Assembly (NCBI GenBank): GCA_002633005.1
Contig: NMRA01000291.1
Coordinates: 1 to 64,000, forward strand
Direction: 5' to 3'
Origin: Phoronis australis
Lineage: Eukaryota; Animalia; Phoronida
DNA: 64,000 nt
In this document: piece by piece, positions 62,645 to 64,000 of the stretch
Position numbering within the stretch: the first letter of the stretch is position 1
Layout: every line of letters begins with the position of its first letter
The notes under the pieces: model-generated
The model's database searches: none
Seen by the model: the letters and a program-made list of their open reading frames with translations, nothing else
What the model was told of the DNA's origin: nothing
Program-made: the position numbers and the translations under genes

Positions 62645-64000
62645 AGGAGAATGCCACCCAAAAAAACCTATTTTGTATCAATTTAGATCAAGTAGCTCTA
62701 TTCGATAACGGCACGTTCGGTTGCGTTACCTGACACCTGACGGCAGACAGAGGTGTTGAAATTATCCAATGACGTCATTGGTTTCACACGCAGTCTGTTC
62801 AGCAGTTCACAACTCGGGTTAGTGATGTCAGTTTATTGCTTGAATTTATCGTTTAACACCAATAAATCATCAAACTTCGATGTAAAACCCTTAAAAATAC
62901 ACCGAGTTCTTATAACAACGTGTTGTTTTATTTCGCTGTTACGGATTTATTGGTATTTGGACACACCGTAGCCTACAAAGTTCTGCAGGCCAATTTACCA
63001 AGGTCCGTAGCAGGAGTTTGGGGTCTGTTCGGAGATAAATTCGAAATATTCTTCCTTGAAATACAGACAGGAGAATCTAGATCTGTGTTGTTTACACTTG
63101 TGATTTTTTGAGTTCTAAACATTTGTTATCCCGACCTGTGGCTCAGAACCCGCTCAGGCCCGTCGCGGTCGAACTGACTCGTTATCCCGACCAGTGGCTC
63201 GGAACCCGATCAGGCCCGTCGAGGCCGCCGGGACTGGCACGAACATAAACCAGCTTGAGCTGGAAACTAAACCTCCAGTCATTAAAAGACTATAATAGTG
63301 AGCCAAAGAAATAATGTGCACGTAATTATTTATGTGAATTAGCCACGAAACTGAAAATCTACTTAATTGTCGGGGGCCGCAAAAATCTACTTAATTGTCG
63401 GGGGCCGCAAAGTCGGGTTCCCCTTCCACAGACCATCAGGGCAAAGGTTGTACAGTAACAATGATTTGAATAATGTATTTGTATTTCTAAATAAAGATTC
63501 CCCTAACATGTGACCATAGCTTATAAAATAGAGAAATTGTTTTTCGACAAGAGCTTCCTGTCAGCAACCACTGAATTAGCATGCGCTCACACGGCCTTGG
63601 GTGCCCGGTCAATTACCTTTATTGCCGTCATCAAAAGCCAGTCATCAAAAGCCAGTAACGCGGTGGTTTATTCATTACTGACACGAAAACTGCAAAGACA
63701 TTACAAATCGTATCTAATGAGACAGACTTTGTTTCAGTTTTACATAAGCATTAGTTAGGATGAGAATAATTCATTTTGAAATAGAGCACAGAATAATAAA
63801 CCTCTACATGGCAACTCGCCCGGCGCCAATCCCGACTTTGTCAAGAGCTCATCCGACGAAGACTTCACGTTTCAGATCGTTAGGTTTCACAGGCTATCAG
63901 TTCGAACCGGAATACACGGACCAAGAAATACCAGAGAGGCGCCGTGAACATGCACAGGCAATGGAACGTATGCATAGTTCTTTGGTAAGCTGGAATTCTC
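62645..64000 (+). mobile_element. Left part of a Kolobok-like DNA transposon, running off the window
   Basis: TTAA|AGGAGAATGCCACCC terminus; internal 56-bp (63125/63181) and 27-bp (63354-63408) duplications; ORF start at 63808 with GYQFEPEYTDQEI. Confidence 0.62.
63808..63984 (+). pseudogene. N-terminal exon of a KolX/P2X7-ballast-like transposon protein (possibly frameshifted)
   Basis: MATRP...LGFTGYQFEPEYTDQEIPERRREH...SSL followed by donor TTG|GTAAGC; acidic SSSDEDF lies in a neighbouring frame. Confidence 0.5.

Overview
Animal (probably marine invertebrate) genomic DNA, AT-rich, with spliceosomal introns; no prokaryotic features. Two genes lie head-to-head around ~19.2-19.45 kb. (1) Minus strand: ZFC3H1 (PAXT/Red1-type nuclear exosome adaptor). 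I reconstructed 18 phase-consistent coding exons by hand from 19192 down to 765 (~1090 aa, including the C3H1 finger); the gene runs off the left edge. Its first intron looks U12-type (minor spliceosome). (2) Plus strand: a PET-LIM gene most like Limpet/LIM-9 (prickle/testin/FHL superfamily), with 5 coding exons from 30145 to 60785 (Cys-rich N-terminus, PET, LIM1); it runs off the right edge. The introns hold non-autonomous DNA transposons: two Helentron-type (HINE/DINE-1-like) elements, one carrying a tandem array of CTCF-like motifs; CAG-terminated hAT-like elements with 5-bp TSDs; Tc1/mariner-type elements; and two adjacent Kolobok-like elements with THAP and KolX-like coding remnants. A ~5.6 kb/3 kb near-identical duplication flanks a single N at 40521 and is probably two haplotypes assembled in tandem. 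Most short ORFs in the supplied track are spurious. Family assignments rest on motif recall, not database searches.
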